Below are positions 50,101 to 58,185 of a stretch of 64,000 nucleotides of DNA, piece after piece. The notes beneath the pieces were generated by a model. That model was not told the origin of the DNA and ran no database searches. It was given only the letters and a program-made list of their open reading frames with translations. Both the position numbers and the translations under genes were made by a program. Position 1 is the stretch's first letter. The number at the start of each line of letters is the position of its first letter. Origin of the DNA: an uncultured Verrucomicrobiota bacterium (GTDB lineage Bacteria > Auribacterota > JABMQX01); the NCBI GenBank assembly GCA_964516325.1, contig CAZFAP010000002.1:22276-86275 (forward strand), given 5' to 3'.

Positions 50101-51127
50101 CCTCCACAAGGATACCGTTGTCGTCGGGAACCCCAAAACGCAAATAGAAAATGCCTTCCGGTCCGAAACCCCTCTGCCGCAGCTTCCGATAGACCGTATC
50201 CGTCGTCCGGTTGCGCGACTCCAAGCCCCCGTCCTGGTTCTCTCCCCCCGAAACGATAACGGCGTACCCCGCCGTCGCTTTCACCTGAATGTAAATCTCG
50301 CGGGAAGACGAAGGATTAAGGTCGGGGCTTCCATTGAACTTCGTCCAAAGCTTCCAAACACCCACCCGTGAGAGGGTAAGGTCGTAGAGATGGCCGCCGT
50401 TTTCGTCCGTTGACGTGGAGAGCGGCCCCAGCACCTTTCCCGTCGGGTCCGTCAGGTACAAATTCACAGGTTGCCCCTTCAAGACCCCCGATCCGGGAGG
50501 AAGCGGTGTGCTTGTGGTCAACCGCCCAAAGGTGTGCATCTCGGAAGAGACCTGCACGGCAAAGGCGGAGGGGATAATACTGAGTTGTGTATCCGCAGGA
50601 AGAACGTTGAACACCGCCGGAGGCTCCGCCGAAGCCCCCAGGTACTTTCCGTCCCCAGGCCAGGACGCTACGGCCTGCCAGCCTTGCCCAGCCGCACCCG
50701 TCCTGTAAAAGAACACGTAATCTCCCCTGAAGTCCGTCTCCGTCGTGAAAACCTCCGGATTCCCTGATGGGGGCGTCATGGCAATGCTGATCCCGCGACC
50801 GGGGAGACCGATTTCAAGGGAATCCATCAGAGAGCCATATATACATACCGTCTGGCCGAGGACGACTTCTGAAGGGCGGGCATTCACGGTTATGAAGGAA
50901 GGAGGCTCGATGGGGTGGGGCGGGCCCGGCGCCGGCGGCATCTTCCCTCCAGAATCGGAGACAAGCTGACCGTGGGCAGCCCCGGAGGGGCCGGTCCAGG
51001 CTATGTACCCGGCGAGGGATAGCCCAATGATATAGGGGAGCGACAGAACTACCTTCCTCAACGTCCCACCTTCTGCTTCGCGGCACACAATCGTTGCCCA
51101 GGAAAGACGACTTCCATTCCTGCCCAT
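47192..51127 (-). CDS. Giant (1311 aa) secreted multidomain protein: caspase-fold-like domain, FN3-like and carboxypeptidase-regulatory-like beta-sandwiches, Ca-binding Asp-rich repeats
   Basis: N-terminal signal-anchor VVLSLPYIIGLSLAGYIAWTG. C25/C13-like region (YIQVKATAGYAVIVSGGENQDGG...IAFIYGAPYSGSF) without an obvious His/Cys dyad. FN3-like SILSPKDGSAVGRQALLTWSAS...YYWRVRA. CarboxypepD_reg-like GSVFGRVVRASDSSNLRGAAVELEV...DGRFSV. Thrombospondin-type-3 / dockerin-like DSDADGLPDPFEETIVDFDPGDDID. Confidence 0.5.
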   Translation of the reverse strand: MGRNGSRLSWATIVCREAEGGTLRKVVLSLPYIIGLSLAGYIAWTGPSGAAHGQLVSDSGGKMPPAPGPPHPIEPPSFITVNARPSEVVLGQTVCIYGSLMDSLEIGLPGRGISIAMTPPSGNPEVFTTETDFRGDYVFFYRTGAAGQGWQAVASWPGDGKYLGASAEPPAVFNVLPADTQLSIIPSAFAVQVSSEMHTFGRLTTSTPLPPGSGVLKGQPVNLYLTDPTGKVLGPLSTSTDENGGHLYDLTLSRVGVWKLWTKFNGSPDLNPSSSREIYIQVKATAGYAVIVSGGENQDGGLESRNRTTDTVYRKLRQRGFGPEGIFYLRFGVPDDNGILVEGPPSKDAIKYAITTWAKERMTAAPGPLFLIFVGPGKPFRFYVSGETETIVPWELDAWIETLERSLTGSPADGQPIAFIYGAPYSGSFIHWLSKKENPRVIITSSDPRELPVTGPLENGVSRQGEFFVLALFEQLARGQQLMRSFEQAAETTWLYTRNLDGNGLTGGLDYPDLSAHHPLLDDNGDGIGSFDFLSARLNDDGFLSSRIFLGYGEPQLEAEIVEVSPKQVISPGGYPDLWARVNNRDLAQGVWMIIKPPSFSMGVLTGDPTMHRDVDGIRVLLYDSDMDGVFSTTQYPEFTESGTYRVLFFVKDRYTGQLGEVWKSKVVVFAPAAPGPGDFSILSPKDGSAVGRQALLTWSASQKGGPDDEITYVVQIATDPSFTNVVFEQSDVEGTSFLLEEGMGLLDKTTYYWRVRAENFFGKVLFARSPEMKSTDIGQPLEGQTFYDAGADAYTVLGNGLDSFGTEDHFRFVHTSARSSFEISARVDSLNGMDGPAFAGIMIRQSTDADSPYAMAVLNADSQLVAAFRGAPGAPALREGYGTGSVPAYLKLACVRTAATSSAEITPSFSSDGKTWQPGQPMNLLLPEEVQVGICVSSGDPKNLVKAVVSQFTLSPLLGSETEPTGKSPSYESSLSTAIPPVKALSSGYGTFQTNFGAGLPGYNVLTVLVYNQNDPSQSPPGTTITITPIVGTIHNWMYSGYVPVGSYTIDVSAPSFASENRTTQVTSESPATEVFTLVPNSGSVFGRVVRASDSSNLRGAAVELEVTSGIYIGTRYNATTGTDGRFSVTGLPSAINYRITVSKDFYNTYQASFSLGAGEAKDLGTFSLGFTDSDADGLPDPFEETIVDFDPGDDIDSIGDVRGGDDFDGDGQSNRNEWIAGTDATASTSCLRIVSIVGNSSDSFTITWTSVGGMLYKVYYGATVGSWSLASWGIAASGTGQNSWTDDDMSGTSPWPGETDVRCYRVEAY

Positions 51128-51637
51128 CGCCCGCCGGACAAGCTCCGCACGCCACCCACTGAACCAAATCCCCTTATAGCACAGACTCCCCCATCATTCA
51201 AGCACTTTGGACAACCAGAAGTTTCCCCAGAATTTGGGCTATAGCGGGAGCAGGAGTTGGGGATCGGCACGCGGCTGGTCCGTGGAGGCACGAAACGGGG
51301 TTTGGCAACCTCAAAGACTCCACTTTACGCCGTCAGCCGTAGCGTAATAAAAACGAGTTAACAATTCGGCGGGGCTCGTGTAGAAAGGCAGCGACCGGAG
51401 GGTAAGGGGGCAACTGCGTTGCTCCCGGACGATGGCGAACTATCGCAAGTATCCGAAACACCCTTCAATCTTTGGGTCGCTCCTCCCGGCGTTCACGCCG
51501 GCTCTTCCCCATTCAGACAGGTCACACCTCGCATCCCTGTTACCGCCCGCCGGGCTGCACACCCCGAGAATAGCCTGCCACAAGCCCTGCATAAATGCTC
51601 TCGCCAACAACCCCACAACAATCACGAAAGGACAAAC

Positions 51638-53341
51638 ATGAGAAAGACACCGCTGTTCGCTCTGATTGTTCTTCTGCTGATGCCGTCAGCCTTCTGCACA
51701 GTCAATGTTGACTATACGACCCGGCTTCGGCTTCAGAGAGCCACCTCACCCGACGGAGAGTGGGAAGACGTTCCTGCGGAGACTCTTCCCGTAGTCGAAG
51801 GGGAATTCGAGGACGCCTTTGGGGCTTCCTCTGCGTATTACCGGATGCGGATAGGTGTTGTTAACAAGCAGCTTCCGCCGACCTCCATGCCGTTGGACCA
51901 GGTCCCGCCCATTGCCCGCCAGTTCGCGCAAAGACATCTGGACGAGAACCGCAACATGGAAGGGGACAACGGATGGGAAGGCGCCGTCTTGGGACCTACC
52001 GCGTTCCCCATGTACAACCCCGCGGCTCAGGGCATCGCTTACATCGAGTTCAAGGTGATTCAAAAGCCCACGCTCCCCCCGCCAGGGACTCTCGCGACCC
52101 AGCTTCCCCCGCTGGAGGACCGGGGTTTCATCCTCGTCTCCGTCACGAGGAACGATTTCCTGATCGTCTCCTACGCTACGGAGGGGCCGACTCGCACTGA
52201 AATGCTCCGAGAGTTGGCAAAATCCGCGGGGGTGCGGATATTTCGGTACGACAGCGTTTTCATGGTTGCGGAGAACGCTCTGGGGGAGATGGCGGCGCAT
52301 CTGGGCTCGGAACCGGTTCGATACCCCGACAGCATCTGCGACTATATCGGCAAGGAGTTTGAGCACGTTGTAACGAACGACGGCGAGCAGCTCCCGCAGG
52401 GCGCACCGGACCTGACCGGCGAAGCCTATGAAAGCTACCAGGCGTTCAAGCAGGCTTATTTGGAATCGGAATACATGAAGCGGGCGCGTCAGCTCCGCAA
52501 AGAAGAGGCGACAATCATTTGGGACCTCTACGAGGGCATCAACCCGGAGAACTTCTTTGACATCATCCTGCAAAAGGAAGCCACCGTATTGCAGGACAAG
52601 AAAATTGAAAGATTTATTGTCGGCGACGCGAGCGTCGCATCCATCGAAATTCTCGACCAGGGCCTGTCCATCACCGGCGAGAAAGTCGGGGGAACCGTGC
52701 TGCACGTGTTTTTTGCGGGCGGCGGAGAAGCAGCTTATGGTCTCACCGTCAGACAGGAGGGCATTCTGTCTCCCCAGAAGCCTGCGGGTTGGTCTTCCTG
52801 GACGACCTACTATGCGGGGGACTGGGACGACCAGCGGCGGTACTATCAGACGTGGTGTACGAGTTGCGGCTGCTACACGGGCTGCGGACCGGTCGCTTGG
52901 GCGATGCTCTACGGCTGGTTCGATTACAAGGGCTACGCCAGCCTCATCAGCGGCGGCCCGGCCCCCCTCTACAACGACTCGTACGTTGAAGATTGCATTA
53001 TGACCGTCAGGGACTACGTGGATACCTACTGCGCGGGAAGCCCGGCAGCCACCAACCCATGGGAGATGCCCGACGGATACAGGTGGGCGAGGGACGACCG
53101 CGGCATCAGTTACAGCATCTCGACTACTTACTCGATATCCTGTTTCCCCACGTCGAGTTGCCGGGAGGAAGCGCGAAACGCCATCCGAGACGATGATAGA
53201 CCCGCAATCATCGGTCTGTGGTGCTCGTCCGCGCACTACTGCGTGGCGTACGGCTACAGGTACCGGGAGTGGACGGATATTTTCGGGACGGTCTGGTCCA
53301 CGGAGAGGCAGTTCAAGTGCAGGTTCAAGGGCGGTTCATAG
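51638..53341 (+). CDS. Secreted papain-fold cysteine peptidase (streptopain C10-like) with N-terminal pro-region
   Basis: Signal peptide MRKTPLFALIVLLLMPSAFC. C-terminal domain with GCGPVAWAMLYGWF (compare C10 GCVATATAQIM, Cys nucleophile) and SAHYCVAYGY (compare GGHAFVIDG, His). Start coordinate taken from ORF-track arithmetic. Confidence 0.4.
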   Translation: MRKTPLFALIVLLLMPSAFCTVNVDYTTRLRLQRATSPDGEWEDVPAETLPVVEGEFEDAFGASSAYYRMRIGVVNKQLPPTSMPLDQVPPIARQFAQRHLDENRNMEGDNGWEGAVLGPTAFPMYNPAAQGIAYIEFKVIQKPTLPPPGTLATQLPPLEDRGFILVSVTRNDFLIVSYATEGPTRTEMLRELAKSAGVRIFRYDSVFMVAENALGEMAAHLGSEPVRYPDSICDYIGKEFEHVVTNDGEQLPQGAPDLTGEAYESYQAFKQAYLESEYMKRARQLRKEEATIIWDLYEGINPENFFDIILQKEATVLQDKKIERFIVGDASVASIEILDQGLSITGEKVGGTVLHVFFAGGGEAAYGLTVRQEGILSPQKPAGWSSWTTYYAGDWDDQRRYYQTWCTSCGCYTGCGPVAWAMLYGWFDYKGYASLISGGPAPLYNDSYVEDCIMTVRDYVDTYCAGSPAATNPWEMPDGYRWARDDRGISYSISTTYSISCFPTSSCREEARNAIRDDDRPAIIGLWCSSAHYCVAYGYRYREWTDIFGTVWSTERQFKCRFKGGS

Positions 53342-54429
53342 CCCCCGATGCGCGCTTCCGAAGTCACAGGCGCTCCGCTACTTGCGGCAACCGCAACCTT
53401 CTGGTCGGCAACTTCTGAAAACGGGATGGTGACCGATTGGTGACTATCTAAGAGCCGGACGCTTCTCTCCATTGCCTGAGCCGAAGGGTGAATGTACCGC
53501 TGCGTCGTTTTCAGGTCCGCGTGCTGCATAAGCTGTTGAAGCGTTGCCACGTCACAGCCCCGCTCAGCAAGCCGGCTCGCGCAGCTGTGCCTCAAGTCGT
53601 GAATGCGAAAACCCCGGTCGAGGCCGGCTGCCGCAAGGGCTTTCTTGAATGCCACGTGGACGCCGGACAAGGGACGGTCGCCCCCAAAGACGCACTCGCC
53701 ACGTCGCTCCTGCGCCGCAATGACCGCCTGCGCCGTTGCGTTCAGCGGCAGGGTATGGTCTCGTTTGCTTTTGCAGACCGCCGCCGGAAGGTATATTGTG
53801 CCTGGGCGCTTCTCAAGCTGCGTCCATTTCAACCCCTCGATCTGCGCCTTGCGAAGCCCTGTCGAGAGGGCGAAGATGATGAAGTCTCTCAACCAGGGCG
53901 GGGACGCCGCCAGGAGTTTGCGTTCGTCGTCAGCCGAAAGAGGGTGCTCGACCTTGTTATCCTCGTGAAATAGCAGGTCGCTCGTGAGCGGATTCCGTTT
54001 GATCTTCCCTTCCCGGACGGCATGATTGAACAGCACCCTGAGAATGGCGAGTTCCCTGTCAATCGTGCTCCTGCACATTCCCGCCGAGAGCCGCTCGACC
54101 TTGTAGCCCTCTATGTCGAGCATGCCGATTTCTGACAATCGCCGAGTCCCGAAGAACCCGCAAAGGTGGCGCAGGCTCGTCGCGTCTCGCACCCAACTCC
54201 GCTTCTCTCGCTTCGACCATTTGGCAATTTCCTCGGCATACTCCCCGAAGCGGGGAGCCTTCATCCCTGCAATCATGTCGTACTTCCCCCGCAGGGCGTC
54301 CGCCTGCAAAGCCTTCAGGACCCGCTCTGCATCCCGCCGAGTGGCACCCGCCTTCTGCCGGACACGCCGCGTGCCGATATAGAAATCGGCGTACCACCAA
54401 CCCTTTCGTTCATAAACTGCCATCGTCAT
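53254..54429 (-). CDS. int: Tyrosine recombinase (phage-type integrase)
   Basis: N-terminal SAM-like domain. Catalytic region with HDLRHSCASRLAERG (H-x-x-R) and TTQRYIH (catalytic Tyr). AAGGAGGG RBS before MTMAVYE at 54429. The last ~65 aa after the RYIH box overlap the 3' end of the convergent peptidase gene and are probably fusion read-through. Confidence 0.85.
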   Translation of the reverse strand: MTMAVYERKGWWYADFYIGTRRVRQKAGATRRDAERVLKALQADALRGKYDMIAGMKAPRFGEYAEEIAKWSKREKRSWVRDATSLRHLCGFFGTRRLSEIGMLDIEGYKVERLSAGMCRSTIDRELAILRVLFNHAVREGKIKRNPLTSDLLFHEDNKVEHPLSADDERKLLAASPPWLRDFIIFALSTGLRKAQIEGLKWTQLEKRPGTIYLPAAVCKSKRDHTLPLNATAQAVIAAQERRGECVFGGDRPLSGVHVAFKKALAAAGLDRGFRIHDLRHSCASRLAERGCDVATLQQLMQHADLKTTQRYIHPSAQAMERSVRLLDSHQSVTIPFSEVADQKVAVAASSGAPVTSEARIGGYEPPLNLHLNCLSVDQTVPKISVHSRYL

Positions 54430-54600
54430 TGCCCTCCTTCTGGGGTGCGTTGTAACACCCCCCTTACCACTATCCCTCATGTTGAAAAATCTTTCCGTTT
54501 TTGCGGCGTTTCTCGCTTCTGCATCCTATGCGCCGGGCAAGTCCAGGGAGGCACCAGCCGGGGGGGAGGTCGGTCAGGTTCCGACTGGTGCCCCCCATGT

Positions 54601-55251
54601 TCACTGTGTAGGCTCTTTCTTCTGTTTCCGTTCGCTTGCCGCCGCCTTCCGTTCACGGTCAACACGTGCCGCGCGTTCATGTTCGAGGCGTGCCGCGGCC
54701 TTCCGTTCATGCTCAAGACGTGTCGCCACTGAGATGTCCTGATAAGACGTGCCCGGTTGTGCGGCTTTGATCTGCGTCAGAATCTCAATCCCGGTGATTC
54801 CCTCTTTCAGGTCCCAGTCAATCTGCCGCATGACATCTTCCATGTCCGTCGTGGTAAGATGAGGCTGTATCTTGTCTTTGTACTCCCGCGCAATTGCCCA
54901 ACAGCGACCGTCTATCTCTCCGAGCGACGCCGCCGAAGGCTCGGGCTCCGGGGGCGCATTGGGCGCATCCGGCGCTGTGACAACCCCGCCGCCCCCGCCC
55001 TTCACGACCAGGGGAATATCGTCATCCTCGTCGGGCGGAAGTTGCTTCTTGATGGCCTCAATCGCCTTCATCATTGGCTCCCACGTTCGCACGAAGAAGC
55101 GCCAGAACGTCCGCAACAATGCTGGGGCGGTGAACTCGAACTCGGTCTGGTCTTCCACAGCGCGCTGCAGAAGGCTGAAGTCGCTCATTTCGTCGGCGAA
55201 GTGTTCAAGGACTTCTATCGGCGCGTACGTTTCCACTTCCAACTCGTTCAT
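54601..55251 (-). CDS. Hypothetical phage/island protein (acidic)
   Basis: AGGAGGTG RBS before MNELEVETYAPIEV. No recognisable domain. Confidence 0.45.
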   Translation of the reverse strand: MNELEVETYAPIEVLEHFADEMSDFSLLQRAVEDQTEFEFTAPALLRTFWRFFVRTWEPMMKAIEAIKKQLPPDEDDDIPLVVKGGGGGVVTAPDAPNAPPEPEPSAASLGEIDGRCWAIAREYKDKIQPHLTTTDMEDVMRQIDWDLKEGITGIEILTQIKAAQPGTSYQDISVATRLEHERKAAARLEHERAARVDRERKAAASERKQKKEPTQ

Positions 55252-55411
55252 GGTGCACCTCCTGACAAAAAAGCCCGAGCCGGTGAAACCCAGAGAAGGT
55301 CTGGATCGGGAACCATTGCTGATTCCCTCGACTCGGGCAGTTTTGTTTTGGCGCGTAAAAAAGCCTTCACCAGGTTTCACGCCAGCAGTATCTCACCATC
55401 GCAAAGGGGTG

Positions 55412-55603
55412 TCAAGGGATTTCTTTCTCCAAAGGATGGCGCTTCGACTTCTCTACAAACCTCTCAAGGTCGAAGGGGTCAAACCGCACAAGCCGCCCGA
55501 CCTTGACATAGACAATCCGCCGACGCCAAACCCAGTCTCGCAGCGTCCCCGGTCTGACGCCCAGCCGCTTGCTTGCTTGTCCTATGTCCAGAAGGTCTTC
55601 CAT
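55412..55603 (-). CDS. xis: Excisionase / AlpA-like helix-turn-helix DNA-binding protein
   Basis: 63 aa. ASKRLGVRPGTLRDWVWRRRIVYVKVGRLVRFDPFDLERF matches the HTH_17/Xis fold pattern (merR-like HTH followed by a beta wing). Confidence 0.6.
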   Translation of the reverse strand: MEDLLDIGQASKRLGVRPGTLRDWVWRRRIVYVKVGRLVRFDPFDLERFVEKSKRHPLEKEIP

Positions 55604-55674
55604 CTGATTTTAGTCACCAAGCGGTCACCAAAGACGCCGCTCTCGTCGAGAAAACTCCGCAGTGCTGGTGCGTT

Positions 55675-56658
55675 TCACGGCCCCATGACGCCGGGGACTG
55701 CTTGGTACTTTTTCAGTAGTGCCACCATTTCGGCGTCGGCTTTTGCGATTTTCTCTTCAGTAATTCCCAACTTGAGCAGGGCGTCCGCGGCCAATTTCGT
55801 GTTCTTTGCGATCTCGTCCTGACGGTCAATCCGCGAGGCGGCGGCGGTCTGGATGCGCTTGTACATCTCGATAGGCCCCTCGAATCGCGCTTGGAATGGC
55901 GCGGGCCGTGCCATAGTCCTTGCCTTTTCCAGAGTTTCTCTCCATCCCGCATAGACGTCAAGTTGCTCCTGAATCCTCGCGATGTTGGCTCTGGCAGCAG
56001 AAGCTCCGCGCTCCCTGACATCCTGCCGCGTTGCTTCCAGTTTATTTTGATACTCGATTTCGGCATTCTCTTCTTCGAGAAGCTCTATCTCTTCCCGGAG
56101 TGCCCTGGCTCGTGAAGGGTCTGTGGCAGGGCGCATGACAATATCTCCCCCCTCGGTTGCAACCGCTTCTAACCGTATTTGCTCCATTTCTTCGCGCCGT
56201 CTCTCAATCATGCCCTTGCGGAGCGCAATTCGTGGGTCAATCTCTTCGCCTGCGCGAGCCTCCATGTCTTTCGCAAATTCCTTGTTCACATCGGCGACTC
56301 GCTTCATCTCGGTAATCTGAGCATCTGCCAGTTTCTTCGCTTCCACTTTGGCCTTCTGAAAAAATGAGATGGCCACCGACCCGGCCATTGCGATAAGTTG
56401 CGGCCAACCCCGGAAGAGAAACCCGATCGACATGATGGTCCCAAGAAACGCCTCGGATGATTTCTGTCCTGACTGTATCTGATTCGCAAAGGCCATGATG
56501 GCGAAGCCGCCGTGCGATAGTGCGCGCTGCACGCCCCGCATGGATACCGTCCACCGGGAGTGCAGCCTGTTCGCCATGCTCTCGGCAGCCGCGCTTCCCG
56601 ATTGCATGTCAGAGATATTCGCCTTCAGGTTGATAATAACTTCGCCAAGCGTCGCCAT
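55675..56658 (-). CDS. Hypothetical coiled-coil protein with N-terminal membrane segment (island-encoded)
   Basis: AAAGGAG RBS. A hydrophobic stretch (AIMAFANQ...IMSIGFLFRGWPQLIAMAGSVAISFF) followed by a long Glu/Arg-rich helix. No family call. Confidence 0.4.
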   Translation of the reverse strand: MATLGEVIINLKANISDMQSGSAAAESMANRLHSRWTVSMRGVQRALSHGGFAIMAFANQIQSGQKSSEAFLGTIMSIGFLFRGWPQLIAMAGSVAISFFQKAKVEAKKLADAQITEMKRVADVNKEFAKDMEARAGEEIDPRIALRKGMIERRREEMEQIRLEAVATEGGDIVMRPATDPSRARALREEIELLEEENAEIEYQNKLEATRQDVRERGASAARANIARIQEQLDVYAGWRETLEKARTMARPAPFQARFEGPIEMYKRIQTAAASRIDRQDEIAKNTKLAADALLKLGITEEKIAKADAEMVALLKKYQAVPGVMGP

Positions 56659-56673
56659 CTTTCGCTCCTTTCC

Positions 56674-57282
56674 TTATCTGCCGTAAGCCTGTCGAATGCG
56701 AGCCGGAAGACCAGGGTCACGTCTGCCGTTTTCGTCCAGTTTGTAAACCGCGGTCTCAGTTGCCGCCCCCCCCAACGAAGCCGCAACCGCCACAAATCCG
56801 CTCAGCCCTGGAACGAGGGGGTCTGTGCACAGCGCGACGTGCAGGATGGGCCAGCTGTAAGCGTTCCCCTTGCCGTCAACGAAGGATTGCGGCGAATGGA
56901 TTGACACGTCGGTCGTTGCCGCAAGGCGGTCAGCATCCTCGCCAATGAGGTCAAGCATCCCGATAAGCGCCCCACCTTCGACAAAAACATCTTGGAGCCA
57001 TCCTCTGTTTTTGTCCGGGTCCTGAGCTCCCGCATGGGTCAGTACCACGGGGACCTTGACGCCGTTCGCCTTCATCCGCCCAAACTCGCGCTCCCAGTCG
57101 GTCAGGCTTTTTGCGGTAACGTCAAAAGCCTTGCCACTTTCGGGGTGTCGGTATCGCCCGAGGTGCACCAATTCCTTGCGGTATCGCTTCATCCCCTGTC
57201 GCCCTGGTCCAATGTTCGGGCTGGGCTGATTCTCAAGTGCTCCCTGCCCCGCGCGAAATACACAACCCTGTAATCCGTTCAT
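56674..57282 (-). CDS. Hypothetical island protein
   Basis: GGGAGG RBS before MNGLQG at 57282 (the ORF-track start at 57381 is less likely). No recognisable domain. Confidence 0.4.
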   Translation of the reverse strand: MNGLQGCVFRAGQGALENQPSPNIGPGRQGMKRYRKELVHLGRYRHPESGKAFDVTAKSLTDWEREFGRMKANGVKVPVVLTHAGAQDPDKNRGWLQDVFVEGGALIGMLDLIGEDADRLAATTDVSIHSPQSFVDGKGNAYSWPILHVALCTDPLVPGLSGFVAVAASLGGAATETAVYKLDENGRRDPGLPARIRQAYGR

Positions 57283-57391
57283 GGTGCTATCCTCCCTTTC
57301 CTTGTTGGTCATCGTATAGTCACAAAGCACGTTGCCCTCGACGAGCAAACTGTGCACTCTATGTGCAATTCCTTGAAACAACCTGCACTTT

Positions 57392-57757
57392 TCAACCCTC
57401 GACCTCGGTCAGTGGGTGTCCCTGGCACGCAGCCAGGATGGCTGCCTTGGCCTTTACCGCAGCCCTGAGTTCCGCGTTCGTTATTTCTTCCCCGATTATC
57501 TGGTCCACTTCCCTCACGAACCACGCGGCCCATTGCGGCGTTATCGCATCCTCGTCGCTCTCGACCTGTCGCGGCAGCAACCGCCCCAACAAGGCAATGA
57601 ACGCCGTCGGATTTTCCTTTGCCTGTGCCACAAGCCAGCGCACTCCGCCAAGCCGATGATAGGCGTCCAGAATGCTTTGTTTCAGCGTGGTGTACTTATT
57701 CACAGTGCCCTTCGGCTTCCCGCTCGGATTCCCGCTTTGTCCCTTGATGAAAGTCAT
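57392..57757 (-). CDS. DUF5681-type phage-associated protein (GNPxGKPKG motif)
   Basis: N-terminal MTFIKGQSGNPSGKPKGTVNKY carries the conserved G-N-P-x-G-[RK]-P-K-G motif of this phage-restricted family. 4-bp ATGA overlap with the upstream gene. Confidence 0.45.
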   Translation of the reverse strand: MTFIKGQSGNPSGKPKGTVNKYTTLKQSILDAYHRLGGVRWLVAQAKENPTAFIALLGRLLPRQVESDEDAITPQWAAWFVREVDQIIGEEITNAELRAAVKAKAAILAACQGHPLTEVEG

Positions 57758-57930
57758 GTTCCCTCCTTCGCCGCTTCCCAGGCCAACTGGACGATGACCA
57801 TCAGGACTAAGAGCGGGTCGTCTTCCGTGACCCGTCTGAGAAATGCGACCGCTTCGCCCTTCGCGCTTGCCGCCGCGAAGTCTTCCCAGAATGCCGCGAT
57901 CCGTTCTTCATTGTTGTTGTCTGTTACCAT
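57754..57930 (-). CDS. Small hypothetical island protein
   Basis: AAGGA RBS before MVTDNNNEERIAAFWEDF. Translationally coupled to 57392..57757. Confidence 0.3.
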   Translation of the reverse strand: MVTDNNNEERIAAFWEDFAAASAKGEAVAFLRRVTEDDPLLVLMVIVQLAWEAAKEGT

Positions 57931-58185
57931 CTTCTTTTTTCCTTTCAACCCGCGGCCGGGGGTGTCGGGAGACACCAATCACCATCCCAGAGGGAGGAGT
58001 TGCCCTCCGGGTCATACGCGGAGAACAAACGACCCGACAACCCCGGCTCGGGGAGCTTTTGATTTTCTTTGATTCTCTGAGGGTCAACACACAGGCCCCC
58101 GTCGAGATCGTGCGTCCTGCGCTGTCCTGCGAAGCCCTTTTCTCGACGAGAACCGCAAAATGTCCCCTTTCCCGCTTTTCGTCTT

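Noticed and set aside
47192-51127. Calling the giant protein an active gingipain/legumain-type peptidase
   Set aside because: The positions where the caspase-fold His and Cys should lie carry Gly/Pro and Tyr/Ser. It is kept only as a caspase-fold-like domain of uncertain activity.
48332-53236. ORFs 48332..49078 (+), 49835..50371 (+) and 51746..53236 (-, 496 aa)
   Set aside because: They lie opposite the giant secreted protein and the C10-like peptidase genes, which show domain structure and signal peptides. The opposite-strand translations are Arg-rich with no motifs.
54757-55822. Plus-strand ORFs 54757..55506 and 54872..55822 (316 aa) inside the integrative element
   Set aside because: Low-complexity (Ser/Gly/Pro runs) with no RBS. 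The minus-strand genes here have near-consensus AGGAGG RBSs and an Xis-like HTH.
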